A stretch of 64,000 bases of DNA from Meyerozyma guilliermondii (Eukaryota): positions 806,001-870,000 of the forward strand of contig CP128821.1 of the NCBI GenBank assembly GCA_051546255.1, written 5' to 3'. The stretch's first letter is position 1; each line of letters opens with the position of its first letter. Below, one piece after another: positions 1 to 10,427 of this stretch. The position numbers were made by a program, and so were the translations under genes. The notes beneath the pieces are model-generated. The model saw only the letters and a program-made list of their open reading frames with translations. It made no database searches and was not told the origin of the DNA.

Positions 1-563
1 CCTCAACTAATAACTGTTGTGAGGATTCCGTCGGTTACAACAAGAGCCAAACACCAGATTCCGATTTTTCACCTACAACTTATGCCCCATTACTGCAGTT
101 TGAAAGACCAATTCGTAGCTAGAAATTCTTCATCCCATGAAATTCCTGATCTCATCTTAAGTCCAAAATTCAAGCAATATTCATGTATTTTTCAGTTTTT
201 TTTTTCAGCTATAAGCTTGCTGCCGAAAAATAATTTGCAGCCATTTATATAAGTACACCATAAAGGTGCTAGCGTCACCTCTCAACTACCTACGATAGCT
301 TTTTCATACTTTTGTAATTAGCAGTAAAAAAGAGATTTTGAAAGGTAATAAAAATTTCGGTGAAGAGTAGTAAAGTTTAGTGAAGTGGATGAGCCTAGCT
401 ACTATAAATTTAGTCGGTTTAGTTAATCTGGTATAAATTTGGTCTCCATTATTCAGTAATCTACTTGAAGTTCAGCTAAATCAGAATCTACTTGTAATTT
501 AATTGTATTATAATTTTTCTTATTTAGTAATCTAGTAGTCAAATCACTAGATGTAATCTACTA

Positions 564-1958
564 TTAATTTCCTTTGACCTGCTTCTTCAACAGTTCCAAC
601 TGCTTCAACACAGCAGACTTGGCAGTGCCTCCAGTGGCATTTCTTCTTTCGACACTAGCTTCAAAGTTGAAAACGTCCTTTACATCTTCTCCAAATCTGG
701 AGTCGATAGCCTGAAGTTGTTCCATAGTCAACTTGTCAATGCCGGAGAGTTTCAATTCCTCAGCCCGACTAACACACTCTCCAGAAATATGGTGGGTTTC
801 TCTGAAAGGAACACCCTTCATCACCAAGTAATCAGCCAAGTCAGTAGCCAACATATCCATGGTTAAAGCAGCCTCCATTTTCTCTTTGTTAATAGACAAT
901 GACGAGATAACTCCAGTAGCAATTAAGATCGAGTGTTCGACTGTAGTCAAGGCATCAAATAATGGCTCTTTGTCTTCTTGCATGTCCTTGTTGTAAGTGG
1001 AAGGAATTGACTTAATGGACATCATAAACCCAGCAAGCGAGCCAAAGACACGGCCACATTTTCCTCTCAACAACTCCAACGAGTCCGGGTTCTTCTTCTG
1101 GGGCATCAAAGATGATCCAGTGGAATATGCGTCGGCCAACTTGACAAAACCAAACTCGGCAGCCGAGTAGATGATCAAATCCTCAGAAAATCTCGAGATA
1201 TGGTTCATGAATAGTGAGCACCAGAAGAGCGACTCCACCACAAAATCACGGTCACTGACAGCTACAAGCGAGTTACCAATGACTCCGTCAAAGCCCAAAT
1301 TTTCCGCCAAGAATTCTCGGTCAATTCCGTACGGATGTCCAGCCAACGCTCCACTGCCCAAAGGTGACTGGTTGACTCTAACCAAAAGCTCCTTGAGTCT
1401 CTTGTAGTCTTCAGTAAAGTAGGTGGCATAGGACGACAACCAATGAGCCCATCTGATAGGCTGAGCTCTTTGTAAGTGGGTGTAGCCAGGCATCAAAACG
1501 TCAATTTCTTGACCTGCTCGGTTGACTATGGTGCCAATGAGCTGCGACAAGTATTCCAAGAGCGTGGTCAACGTCTCACGAACAAAAATCCGCATATCGG
1601 TTGCAACTTGGTCATTCCGAGAACGGCCCGTGTGCACTTTTCCAGCAATGTGTTTTCCAATCACCTCTCCCAACCTTCTCTCGTTAGCGGTGTGGATATC
1701 CTCGTCACCAGGCTTCTCCACAAACTTCCCCAGTTCCCACTCTTTCTCAACAACCTTCAATCCTTCTTGGATCGACGACAATTCGTCGGCGGAAAGAATG
1801 CCCAATTTCTGCAACCCTTGCGTATAAACGGCAGTTCCATGTAAATCTGCCGCGTACATTTTTTTATCGTATGGAAGAGAAGCATTGTACAAGTCCATCA
1901 AGGGGTCGGTAGCACCGGTAAAACGGCCACCCCAGAGCTTGGCTGGTGTATCAGACAT
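564..1958 (-). CDS. ARG4: Argininosuccinate lyase
   Basis: KLWGGRF N-terminus, [21 protein letters not shown] and the fumarase-family signature [12 protein letters not shown]; next to DED81 as in S. cerevisiae. Confidence 0.98.
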   Translation of the reverse strand: MSDTPAKLWGGRFTGATDPLMDLYNASLPYDKKMYAADLHGTAVYTQGLQKLGILSADELSSIQEGLKVVEKEWELGKFVEKPGDEDIHTANERRLGEVIGKHIAGKVHTGRSRNDQVATDMRIFVRETLTTLLEYLSQLIGTIVNRAGQEIDVLMPGYTHLQRAQPIRWAHWLSSYATYFTEDYKRLKELLVRVNQSPLGSGALAGHPYGIDREFLAENLGFDGVIGNSLVAVSDRDFVVESLFWCSLFMNHISRFSEDLIIYSAAEFGFVKLADAYSTGSSLMPQKKNPDSLELLRGKCGRVFGSLAGFMMSIKSIPSTYNKDMQEDKEPLFDALTTVEHSILIATGVISSLSINKEKMEAALTMDMLATDLADYLVMKGVPFRETHHISGECVSRAEELKLSGIDKLTMEQLQAIDSRFGEDVKDVFNFEASVERRNATGGTAKSAVLKQLELLKKQVKGN

Positions 1959-2070
1959 AGTGATAGGAAGAAATTCGCAGACAATTTCGCGGTGAAAAAA
2001 GATTCACCACCGCGGCTACGATGCGCTTGCCTAATTGGGATGATATTCAGCCTTATGTAAGAGTTCTATT

Positions 2071-2079
2071 ATGACTCAT
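2071..2079. promoter_or_regulatory. Perfect Gcn4 site ATGACTCAT upstream of ARG4
   Basis: Exact consensus about 113 bp upstream of the ARG4 ATG; overlaps the DED81 stop codon. Confidence 0.8.
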
Positions 2080-3710
2080 GGCTTGCAACGGCCACTGAAT
2101 CTGGGGTACAAACTGCAGTCTCTGACGGTGAACCGGTCGCACAACCATGCCAAGATTCTCTCGGTTCCAAGTCCGTAGCCTCCGTGAGGACAAGTTCCGT
2201 ATTTTCTCAAATCCGTAAACCAGTAGTAGGAATCAAGATCCAATCCTTCCTTCTTAATCGAAGCCACCAACTCGTCGTAGTCGTACATTCTCATGGAGCC
2301 ACCAAGAATCTCTCCCACGTTGGGCATCAAAACGTCCACAGACTCAGTCACACGACGGTCGTCGGCACATTTTTGCATGTAAAACGACTTGATCTCCACT
2401 GGGAATCTGATCAATAAAATCGGTTTTCCGATGGTGTCGGTCATTTTACGCTCCGCAGCCTCGGCAATATCATCTCCAAACTTGAACTTTTCACCGTCTT
2501 CGTTGGGGATTCCATGCTCGTTGAGCCATTCCAAGGCATCGACATATTCCATTCTCAAGAATGGGCCCTTGGGAGCCACAAAGTTGGGGTTGAGCTGCTT
2601 GATCAAAGGTCCGGCGACAGGGTCTTCCAACACGTATTTGACGGTTTGGGTGAGCAACTTCTCCAAATGGACCAACAAGTCCTCAAAATCTATAAACGCC
2701 AATTCTCCTTCGATATGTGTGTACTCCGACAAGTGTCTTCTGGTGTGTGATTTCTCTGCTCTGAACGACTCTTGGACACAGAAAACGTCTCCCAAAGAAG
2801 GCAAACAGGTTTCCAAGTAAAGCTGCGACGACTGGGTAAGGTAAGCGTCTTCGCCGTAGTAGTTCATCTTGAACAAAGTCGAGCCTCCCTCCACTTGTGT
2901 CTGCACCATACATGGCGGAGTGACTTCCAAAAGCCCTTCTTCTTCGAAAAATCTTCTGATAGCGTACAAGAAGGCCGAGCGCACCTTCATGACGGCAGAG
3001 AGTGCTTCACCTCTCAATGTCAAGTGACGTTGGTCCAACAACAACGAAGGATCGGCATTTTCCTGGACTTTGTTGGAAAACGACTCTTCGCCAGATGGAG
3101 CTTGGCCCACAACCTCATAAAAGTCAGCCTTCAATTCCACACCGCCAGGCGCAGATTTTCCCTCAGGGAGCTTGTTGATGACACCCTTGATACAAATCGA
3201 GGTTTCCAACGTCAATTCGTGGGTCGACTTGGCCTTGGCGAGATCTCCCGTCAACACACATTGAACATAGCCAGTACCGTCACGCACCGTGACAAAACCC
3301 AATCCTTTCTGCAAACGCAAACGGTGGATCCACCCACGAACGGCCACACGCGAGCCTATGTTTTCGCCTATGGATCTCAATTTGATTTTTTTTGCCGGTG
3401 GGAGTGACTGGTCCTCTTTTATGTCGATCACTTCCAACAGTTCGAGTTTTTTTGATGTTTCGTTATGTTTCTCCGAGGCAGCCTTGGCCTTCTCCTGTTT
3501 TTTTCTGAGTCCATCAGCGCCTTTCTTGGCTTTTTTCAAAGCAGACGCCGATATTTCTTCGTACCCTTCTCCGTCGTCAGTAGCTTTGAACACAAAAATC
3601 TTTGTTTCTGGCTGCGAAAACACAGCATACGCAGCAGTTTGGTACGGCTTCTCCTCAGATCCGTGGCCCTCGGCGTCGGCACCCGTTCTCTCGTTGACGT
3701 AAACTGACAT
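2076..3710 (-). CDS. DED81: Cytosolic asparaginyl-tRNA synthetase
   Basis: Class IIb motifs AYLTQSSQLYLE, FRAEKSHTRRHLSEY, PHGGYGLGTER; start set at ATG 3710 (MSVYVNE) rather than the upstream TTG. Confidence 0.96.
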   Translation of the reverse strand: MSVYVNERTGADAEGHGSEEKPYQTAAYAVFSQPETKIFVFKATDDGEGYEEISASALKKAKKGADGLRKKQEKAKAASEKHNETSKKLELLEVIDIKEDQSLPPAKKIKLRSIGENIGSRVAVRGWIHRLRLQKGLGFVTVRDGTGYVQCVLTGDLAKAKSTHELTLETSICIKGVINKLPEGKSAPGGVELKADFYEVVGQAPSGEESFSNKVQENADPSLLLDQRHLTLRGEALSAVMKVRSAFLYAIRRFFEEEGLLEVTPPCMVQTQVEGGSTLFKMNYYGEDAYLTQSSQLYLETCLPSLGDVFCVQESFRAEKSHTRRHLSEYTHIEGELAFIDFEDLLVHLEKLLTQTVKYVLEDPVAGPLIKQLNPNFVAPKGPFLRMEYVDALEWLNEHGIPNEDGEKFKFGDDIAEAAERKMTDTIGKPILLIRFPVEIKSFYMQKCADDRRVTESVDVLMPNVGEILGGSMRMYDYDELVASIKKEGLDLDSYYWFTDLRKYGTCPHGGYGLGTERILAWLCDRFTVRDCSLYPRFSGRCKP

Positions 3711-3731
3711 GTCTCTTGTACAACACCTTTC

Positions 3732-3738
3732 TGACTCA
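3732..3738. promoter_or_regulatory. Gcn4-type site TGACTCA in the DED81/ProRS divergent promoter
   Basis: Core consensus in a 190-bp bidirectional intergenic region between two aaRS genes. Confidence 0.55.
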
Positions 3739-3900
3739 AACCGCAGATGGTGCGACAAATTGCACTTGAAGACTCACAATTACGCACAGGCTGCAAACCT
3801 GCGTAATCTGCGGCACCGGCCGTTTACTCATCTGTTCTGCGCGCGCGAACATTGAAATTTTGTCGTCGTTGCCTTATCTCCAAATTTTTTAGACTCATCC

Positions 3901-5958
3901 ATGGCCCTCGAGCAGTCTTTGGCCCAGCTTTCTTTAGCGTCAGTCTCCGCCGAAAATGCGTTGACAACCAAAACCTTGGTTTTCAAGCCAAAAACAGCAA
4001 AAACAGCCACCCCAGTCCCAGTGGTGGTGATCGCATTGCAAGACACCAAAACTCCAACTTCATTGGTGGCGGCCTCAGCGCTGGTAAAGGAGCCCCGAAT
4101 GGCCAGCGCCGACTTGGTGGAAGAGTTCTTCAAAGTGGCACCTACAGAGGTATCAATTGCCAATTTGCATAAAGATTTAGCCGGTAAAATCAAGATTTTA
4201 CTTGACCAAAAGATCACTGAAGCTGGCGAAACTCCCTTGGAATTGGCCACCGCGTCGTCCAAGGCCGCGCTTCCCGCTAACGTGGTGGTCAAGTACCTTG
4301 AATCAACTGGAATAGAAACTGTAGTTGTGGATTTCACGGCTGCTCCATCAGCTCCAGCCGCTGGTGCTTCCAACGACGCCAAAGCTCGTAAGACCGTCGC
4401 CAAGCAGAAAAAGGAAGAGTCCAAGCGCGAGGACGCCAAACTCATTGGAATAACTGTAGACAAGACCAAGGATTTTTCAGCTTGGTATTCCGAGGTGGTG
4501 ACTAAAGGAGAAATGTTGGATTACTATGACGTTTCCGGATGTTACATCTTAAGACCCAACTCGTACCATGTCTGGGAACAGATCCAGGACTGGTTCAATA
4601 TCCAGATCAAGAAGTTGGGCGTTCGCAATGCATACTTCCCCATGTTCGTCTCATCGAGAGTTCTCGAAAAGGAGAAGGACCATATCGAGGGATTTGCACC
4701 TGAGGTTGCGTGGGTCACCAAGGCTGGAAACTCAGAGCTTGAAGAGCACATTGCCATCAGACCAACCTCCGAAACCGTCATGTACCCATACTACGCCAAA
4801 TGGATCCGTTCTCATAGAGACCTTCCTTTGAAACTCAACCAGTGGAACTCGGTGGTTCGTTGGGAATTCAAGCACCCACAGCCATTTTTGAGAACCAGAG
4901 AGTTCTTGTGGCAGGAAGGACACACCGTTCATTTGACCGACAAAGAGGCCGACGAACAGGTGATGAAAATCTTGGATTTGTACACCAAGATCTACGAAGA
5001 GCTTTTGGCTGTTCCTGTGGTCAAGGGTAAGAAAACTGAAAATGAAAAGTTTGCCGGTGGAAACTATACCACCACCGTCGAGGGATTCATTGGTGCTACC
5101 GGTAGAGGAATTCAAGGTGCTACTTCGCACCATCTCGGTACCAACTTTTCGAAAATGTTCAACATTACCGTTGAAAATCCCGAAGGTGCTGACAAGCCCA
5201 AGGTATATGGTGTGCAAACCTCGTGGGGTTTATCCACAAGAGTCATTGGTGTCATGGTTATGACCCATTCCGACAACAAAGGTTTGGTTCTTCCACCTAG
5301 AGTTGCCCAGACACAAGTTGTAGTTATTCCCGTTGGATTGACCAGCAAGACAGCTGACGACGAGAGAAAGGGAATTAACGACGGAGCAGCTGACATTGAA
5401 GCCCGCTTGAATGCTGCGGATGTGAGAGTCACTTCTGACTACAGAGACACTTACACCAGTGGATGGAAGTTTGCCAATTGGGAGTTGAAGGGTGTGCCTT
5501 TGCGTGTTGAATTCGGACCCAAGGATATGGCCCAGGAGCAAGTCACTGCCGTCAGACGTGATAATGGAGAGAAATACACCGTCAAGTTGGCCGAGTTGGA
5601 AACCAGAATTCCCGAATTGCTCGAAACGATGCAAAAGGAAATGTTGGAAAAGGCCCGTGGTGACTTCGACAAGCACCGGGTGAAGGTGGACGAATGGAAG
5701 GACTTTGTGCCCACTCTCAATGCTAAGAATGTCATTTTGTCGCCATGGTGTGGAGACGCCGATTGCGAAGACGACATCAAGGATTCCTCAGCAAAGAACA
5801 ACAACGGCGAGGACGAGGAAGAAGACGAGCGTGCTCCTTCGATGGGTGCCAAGTCGTTGTGTATTCCATTTGAACAGCCAGAATTGAAGCCGGGCCAGAA
5901 ATGTGTCAAGTGTGACAGAGCCGCAGTCACCTACTGTATGTTCGGCAGGTCTTACTAG
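3901..5958 (+). CDS. Cytosolic prolyl-tRNA synthetase with N-terminal YbaK/ProX-like domain (YHR020W orthologue)
   Basis: IAIRPTSETVMYPYY, PFLRTREFLWQEGH, GIQGATSHHLG, C-terminal FGRSY; ARG4-DED81-ProRS order matches YHR018C-YHR019C-YHR020W. Confidence 0.97.
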   Translation: MALEQSLAQLSLASVSAENALTTKTLVFKPKTAKTATPVPVVVIALQDTKTPTSLVAASALVKEPRMASADLVEEFFKVAPTEVSIANLHKDLAGKIKILLDQKITEAGETPLELATASSKAALPANVVVKYLESTGIETVVVDFTAAPSAPAAGASNDAKARKTVAKQKKEESKREDAKLIGITVDKTKDFSAWYSEVVTKGEMLDYYDVSGCYILRPNSYHVWEQIQDWFNIQIKKLGVRNAYFPMFVSSRVLEKEKDHIEGFAPEVAWVTKAGNSELEEHIAIRPTSETVMYPYYAKWIRSHRDLPLKLNQWNSVVRWEFKHPQPFLRTREFLWQEGHTVHLTDKEADEQVMKILDLYTKIYEELLAVPVVKGKKTENEKFAGGNYTTTVEGFIGATGRGIQGATSHHLGTNFSKMFNITVENPEGADKPKVYGVQTSWGLSTRVIGVMVMTHSDNKGLVLPPRVAQTQVVVIPVGLTSKTADDERKGINDGAADIEARLNAADVRVTSDYRDTYTSGWKFANWELKGVPLRVEFGPKDMAQEQVTAVRRDNGEKYTVKLAELETRIPELLETMQKEMLEKARGDFDKHRVKVDEWKDFVPTLNAKNVILSPWCGDADCEDDIKDSSAKNNNGEDEEEDERAPSMGAKSLCIPFEQPELKPGQKCVKCDRAAVTYCMFGRSY

Positions 5959-5967
5959 ACTACTGTA

Positions 5968-6906
5968 TTATTGTGAATAAGGGCTCCAATTCTTTTCAAG
6001 GTTGTGAGTCAGCAAACAATTGATGGCTGTTGAAGAGTTTTGCGCCAGTAGAAAGTATATCTTTTGTAGACCCAAGAATTTGATGAAATCAAGAAGCTTA
6101 TTGTAGTTGAGTCCCACCTGCGAAACGGCGTGGGAATCGTCCGAAAGGCAGAACCTAGCATCTCCATACTCTATTATAGCTCGGCATACATCCTTCTTGG
6201 GGTAGGGACTGTTCCAGCCTTTTCTGAAGGCAGCAGAATTGAGCTCAAAGAGCGCTCCATAACTTTTCGCAAATACAATATTACCAACAATTAGGTCCCA
6301 CACTTCAGGCCAGTCGGTCTCTATACACACCTGGGACAAGTGTTTGCCCGTAGTAGGGTCTATTTCTTGTGGTTCGAACAAACGAATGAGATCAAAATGA
6401 CCAACAATTGTTGGTTTCACCTTTTCAAGAACCTGTCTTTGGAGCTTGTAGTACTCAAAATTTAGGGCTCTGGTCGTCTTTTCTGGTAACAGATCTCGAG
6501 CTTCTAGCCAGAGGTCCTGCGAGAAGTCAATTGGGATCTCATTGACAAAATGGACAGATCCTACACACATATCAACCAACGGTAAGAGGTTACAAGCGTG
6601 GTCAATATGAGCAGAATCTATGCCTTCAACTTCAAATCCCACCAAGATATCGAGCCCACGATTTGCGTACTCAGCCTTGAGTCTGGCAGCATGTTCCAAA
6701 TACTGGCTAAATATTTTCTGTAAATCTTCAATTGACATTGATTTTTCAGTCTCTTCTGGATACATGAATTTACTGTTCAACCGAGGCATATGTTCTGTGA
6801 GACAAAATGTAGAAAATCCCAATTCATGCGCACGAGCAACTACATCGTCCAATTCGTCTTGCGCATGCGAGACATAGGTTCCACTATGGGAATGGTGTGA
6901 GTGCAT
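5968..6906 (-). CDS. HIS2: Histidinol-phosphatase (PHP family)
   Basis: MHSHHSHSG start, LTEHMPR, GFEVEGID, GSVHFV, GHFDLIR, LSDDSH metal motifs. Confidence 0.93.
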   Translation of the reverse strand: MHSHHSHSGTYVSHAQDELDDVVARAHELGFSTFCLTEHMPRLNSKFMYPEETEKSMSIEDLQKIFSQYLEHAARLKAEYANRGLDILVGFEVEGIDSAHIDHACNLLPLVDMCVGSVHFVNEIPIDFSQDLWLEARDLLPEKTTRALNFEYYKLQRQVLEKVKPTIVGHFDLIRLFEPQEIDPTTGKHLSQVCIETDWPEVWDLIVGNIVFAKSYGALFELNSAAFRKGWNSPYPKKDVCRAIIEYGDARFCLSDDSHAVSQVGLNYNKLLDFIKFLGLQKIYFLLAQNSSTAINCLLTHNLEKNWSPYSQ

Positions 6907-7012
6907 TGAACAGCTACTGGTTTCGCAACTTGCACCTAAAATTGCACCCGCGAGGTCGTGGTGGTGTGTGCAGGAATCTCCAGATTAACTCGCGAGCCGT
7001 TTCCATTCGGGT

Positions 7013-8146
7013 ATGGCAGACTCTACAGACCAAACTGTCACGGAAAAGTTCCAGGGTGCTTTGGCGCGCTTTGAGAACTATAGGAATGACGCTGGTGTAT
7101 TTTCAGGCCGCAAAAATGGCCCTGAGTACCAAAAAGAGCTTTTAAAGTTGATAAAAGAGTTTCGAATCATTTTGATAATTGTCAGTCATCTCAGTATATT
7201 CAGCGATAATGAAACCATTGCTGAGATGAACGTGAACTATGTTCCTTTCTTGAACGTGGAGTATTATCTAGGGACATTGTACCAGAACCTTATGGTGAAT
7301 TCACAGAGTGTTGGAGAGGAGTTAATTGTGGATGGATTGGAATTCAAAGTTGAAAACCTTCAAGCGGCCCAAGAACATTTTGCGAGCTATCTTCTGGTGC
7401 TCAGCAACTACAAGCTCCTAAACAAGGCCCAAACGGAGCGAGTTCGGCTGTATAAAGAGTCGGACAATCCACTGGCAAAAGACATATTGGCATCTCAAGA
7501 ACGAAATCCAGCTACCATTCGAGCCGATAAAATAGCCAACTTCAAACTAGAAAAAGAGTTGACCTCGAAAATCCAAATACTCGTCTCTCGCTACGGTAGC
7601 AGTGCAGACGACGCCAAAGCGGAGTTTGACTCCTATGACGAAGAAACTACCAAACAGCTCTATCTCGACCAGGTGAAGCTATTTGCACTCAAAAGTTTCA
7701 GCAGCCTTGAACTGATAGCCATGGAGTTGGAGGTTCTCAAGAAGATGCCTGCACCCAACAAGAACCCAAAACCACCACAAAAAGAACAACCAATTGATCC
7801 CACTGGATACACCACAAAACTCGAAGTTGTTCCTGGAAAGAAGCAGCCGATATCGTCGTTGCTTTCCAAACAAGGCAAGATATTGCAGCCGTTCACCATC
7901 ACAGCAAATAAGAACGAGCTTCGAAATAAGGTGTTTGGAACGGGCCAGGTGTTACCCAGTATGTCTGTCGAAGAATATTTGGACTACGAACTCGCCAATG
8001 GAAAAGTGGCTGCGGAAGAAGTGAAAAATGAGAAAAATGACCAAGATACCGACGACAGCGACGAGGAATTGGAAAAAAGACAGTGGGACGATTGGAAGGA
8101 TGACAATCCCAAGGGTATGGGTAACACGGGTGCCAACTTGGGGTAG
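7013..8146 (+). CDS. TAP42: PP2A-associated TOR pathway protein Tap42
   Basis: IFSDNE, R-x-x-KI motif, GKILQPFTI, VFGTGQVLPSMSVEEYLD, RQWDDWKDDNPKG-GN C-terminus. Confidence 0.93.
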   Translation: MADSTDQTVTEKFQGALARFENYRNDAGVFSGRKNGPEYQKELLKLIKEFRIILIIVSHLSIFSDNETIAEMNVNYVPFLNVEYYLGTLYQNLMVNSQSVGEELIVDGLEFKVENLQAAQEHFASYLLVLSNYKLLNKAQTERVRLYKESDNPLAKDILASQERNPATIRADKIANFKLEKELTSKIQILVSRYGSSADDAKAEFDSYDEETTKQLYLDQVKLFALKSFSSLELIAMELEVLKKMPAPNKNPKPPQKEQPIDPTGYTTKLEVVPGKKQPISSLLSKQGKILQPFTITANKNELRNKVFGTGQVLPSMSVEEYLDYELANGKVAAEEVKNEKNDQDTDDSDEELEKRQWDDWKDDNPKGMGNTGANLG

Positions 8147-8222
8147 CATAGGGTATTACTGTGTATAAGCTATTAGTAGGGTTTATGCAGTACACTTCAA
8201 AACTAGCTTTCAGTCATCTTGT

Positions 8223-9668
8223 ATGTTTTGTGGTATTTCTCGCCGAGCATGGCGAACGTACCTGTCCAGCGCACTCTCCTCGCTGAGTACTACCATACCG
8301 CCAACTATCAAGCATCTATTATCATTTCCACCTTCTGTGGATAGTTTAGTAAAAACGCAGGGCCATGTAAAGGCTGTTCGGTCGTTTAAAAATCTTCATT
8401 TTGTGGACCTTTCCGACGGGTCTACGCACTCCACGTTGAATGTGGTGCTCAATGGTGACACCAATATCAACTTTAAAGTGGGACAAAGCGTTTCGTTTGT
8501 AGGAAAATGGGTAGAGTCCAAAGGCAGTCAGGACTATGAACTCTTATACGATTCTACGGAGAATGAGCACAAAGCAGCTGTTATAGGTGAAGTTCCTGAA
8601 CTGTATCCCATCCAGAAAAAGTCACTGTCGTATCAGTTTCTTCGAACACTTCCTACATTGAGACATCGAACATCATCATTGGCATCAGTTCTTCGACTTC
8701 GATCCTTCTTGGAAGGTCTGTTCCAGCGGTTTTTCGAGCAAAACGACGTTATAAAGGTCCTGGCACCGCTAATTACAAGCTCTGACTGCGAAGGAGCGGG
8801 CGAACAGTTTATTGTTGAGGCAAAAGATTCCAAACCAGAGAATCCATTTTTTGGAAAACCAGCGTATTTGACTGTATCGACTCAATTGCACCTTGAGGTT
8901 CTTTCTCAGTCATTGAATCGGGTGTGGGCATTGACCCCATGCTTTCGGGCCGAGGAGTCCCATACCAACCGTCATTTAAGTGAGTTCTGGATGTTGGAAG
9001 CAGAATTATCGTACATTGAATCAGTCCACCAAATTTGTGATTTTACCGAGAATATGATCCGCTACGTTACACAGGATGTGGTCCAGAGTATTGCGAATGA
9101 CTTGGCTCAGTCCCGCTACAATAAAGACGAACGACAAGCCATGGAGGCCAACTGGAAGACGATACTACAGAGCGAGCCTTGGCCCAGAATCACCTATACT
9201 GAAGCTATCGAAATCATCAATAAAATCAAAAACAAAGGACGACTGAAGGGCAGGCTTACGTGGGGAGACTCAATACAAACAGAGCACGAAAAATGGCTCG
9301 CTGAAACCCATTTTAAGTCGCCAGTATTTATCACTGATTATCCGAAAGCTCAGAAACCATTCTACATGCCCGAATCTGAAAACCAAAATTCTACTGTTGC
9401 GTGCTTCGACCTCATAATTCCTGGCATAGGAGAGCTTGTGGGAGGCTCGGTAAGAGAGCACAACTACGAGAAACTATTACAAGAGCTCAAAAATCGCAAC
9501 ATGTCCATCGAAGATAATGAATGGTACTTGTCAATTCGTGAAAACGGAACCGTTCCCCATGGAGGTTTTGGCATGGGTATGGAAAGACTAGTGGCATTTC
9601 TTTCTGGAATGGCCAGTATCAAGGACGTTATAGCGTTTCCCAGAACCCCGGGATCATGTTCCTGCTAG
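8223..9668 (+). CDS. SLM5: Mitochondrial asparaginyl-tRNA synthetase
   Basis: Arg/Ser-rich presequence (RTYSS with CTG=Ser), SDCEGAGE, FFGKPAYLTVSTQLHLE, FRAEESHTNRHLSEFWMLE, PHGGFGMGMER. Confidence 0.95.
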   Translation: MFCGISRRAWRTYLSSALSSLSTTIPPTIKHLLSFPPSVDSLVKTQGHVKAVRSFKNLHFVDLSDGSTHSTLNVVLNGDTNINFKVGQSVSFVGKWVESKGSQDYELLYDSTENEHKAAVIGEVPELYPIQKKSLSYQFLRTLPTLRHRTSSLASVLRLRSFLEGLFQRFFEQNDVIKVLAPLITSSDCEGAGEQFIVEAKDSKPENPFFGKPAYLTVSTQLHLEVLSQSLNRVWALTPCFRAEESHTNRHLSEFWMLEAELSYIESVHQICDFTENMIRYVTQDVVQSIANDLAQSRYNKDERQAMEANWKTILQSEPWPRITYTEAIEIINKIKNKGRLKGRLTWGDSIQTEHEKWLAETHFKSPVFITDYPKAQKPFYMPESENQNSTVACFDLIIPGIGELVGGSVREHNYEKLLQELKNRNMSIEDNEWYLSIRENGTVPHGGFGMGMERLVAFLSGMASIKDVIAFPRTPGSCSC

Positions 9669-9781
9669 AGCCAAACCTATTTTGTCATATGCAGTAACTT
9701 CGAGAGTGCATACACACATTCTGTACATAGGATGAAAATTTGGACCGCAACGGCAATTTTCGAACTTGAGTACTTGTAAAA

Positions 9782-10133
9782 ATGGATCAGTTAAATGTCA
9801 AAGAACAACAGGAGTTTCAGCAAATCGTGGAACAAAAGCAGATGAAGGATTTCATGCGTTTGTACTCCAATTTGGTTTCCAAGTGCTTTGACGACTGTGT
9901 CAACGATTTCACATCGGCCAACTTGACCACCAAAGAAAGCAGTTGTATCATGAAATGTTCCGAGAAGTTCTTGAAGCACAGCGAGAGAGTGGGTCAAAGA
10001 TTCCAGGAGCAAAAGTAAGTATAAGTGTTGAGGTGAAACTATTACGAAACTATTACGAAGCTAGTGACGAATTTAGTCACGAATCTAGTACTAACACAGC
10101 GCTATGTTGATGCAAAACATGCAAAAACGCTAA
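9782..10133 (+). CDS. TIM9: Small TIM chaperone Tim9; spliced join(9782..10014,10100..10133)
   Basis: Twin CX3C (CFDDC, CIMKC), [16 protein letters not shown]; splicing restores the [16 protein letters not shown]-terminus. Confidence 0.93.
10015..10099 (+). other. Spliceosomal intron of TIM9 (85 nt)
   Basis: GTAAGT donor, TACTAAC at 10089-10095, CAG acceptor ending 10099; frame restored. Confidence 0.9.
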
Positions 10134-10427
10134 GGCTGAACATGTCGAACGTGTCGGCAAGTCTGTATATATTGAGAGTAATATAAGCTGATTATGTTAA
10201 AGGACTGGTGGGCCATTGTTCGAGATGATCACTCGACTTCGAGTTTATCTGTTGACCATATCTCTCTTGAGTTTACTATTCTCCATTTCTGCATTAGATC
10301 ACTTTCTAATCTAATCCCTTCCCTTTTCTCTAAATCCATCATTCTAAACCCCATCTTCCTATTCTCTATTTTTCACTTTTTCTCCACTTTTCCCTTCTCC
10401 ATTATCGCGCGAACATTTCATCTAACC

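Noticed and set aside
396..570. CRISPR-like spaced repeats
   Set aside because: Eukaryotic context, very short degenerate motif, irregular spacing, no cas genes
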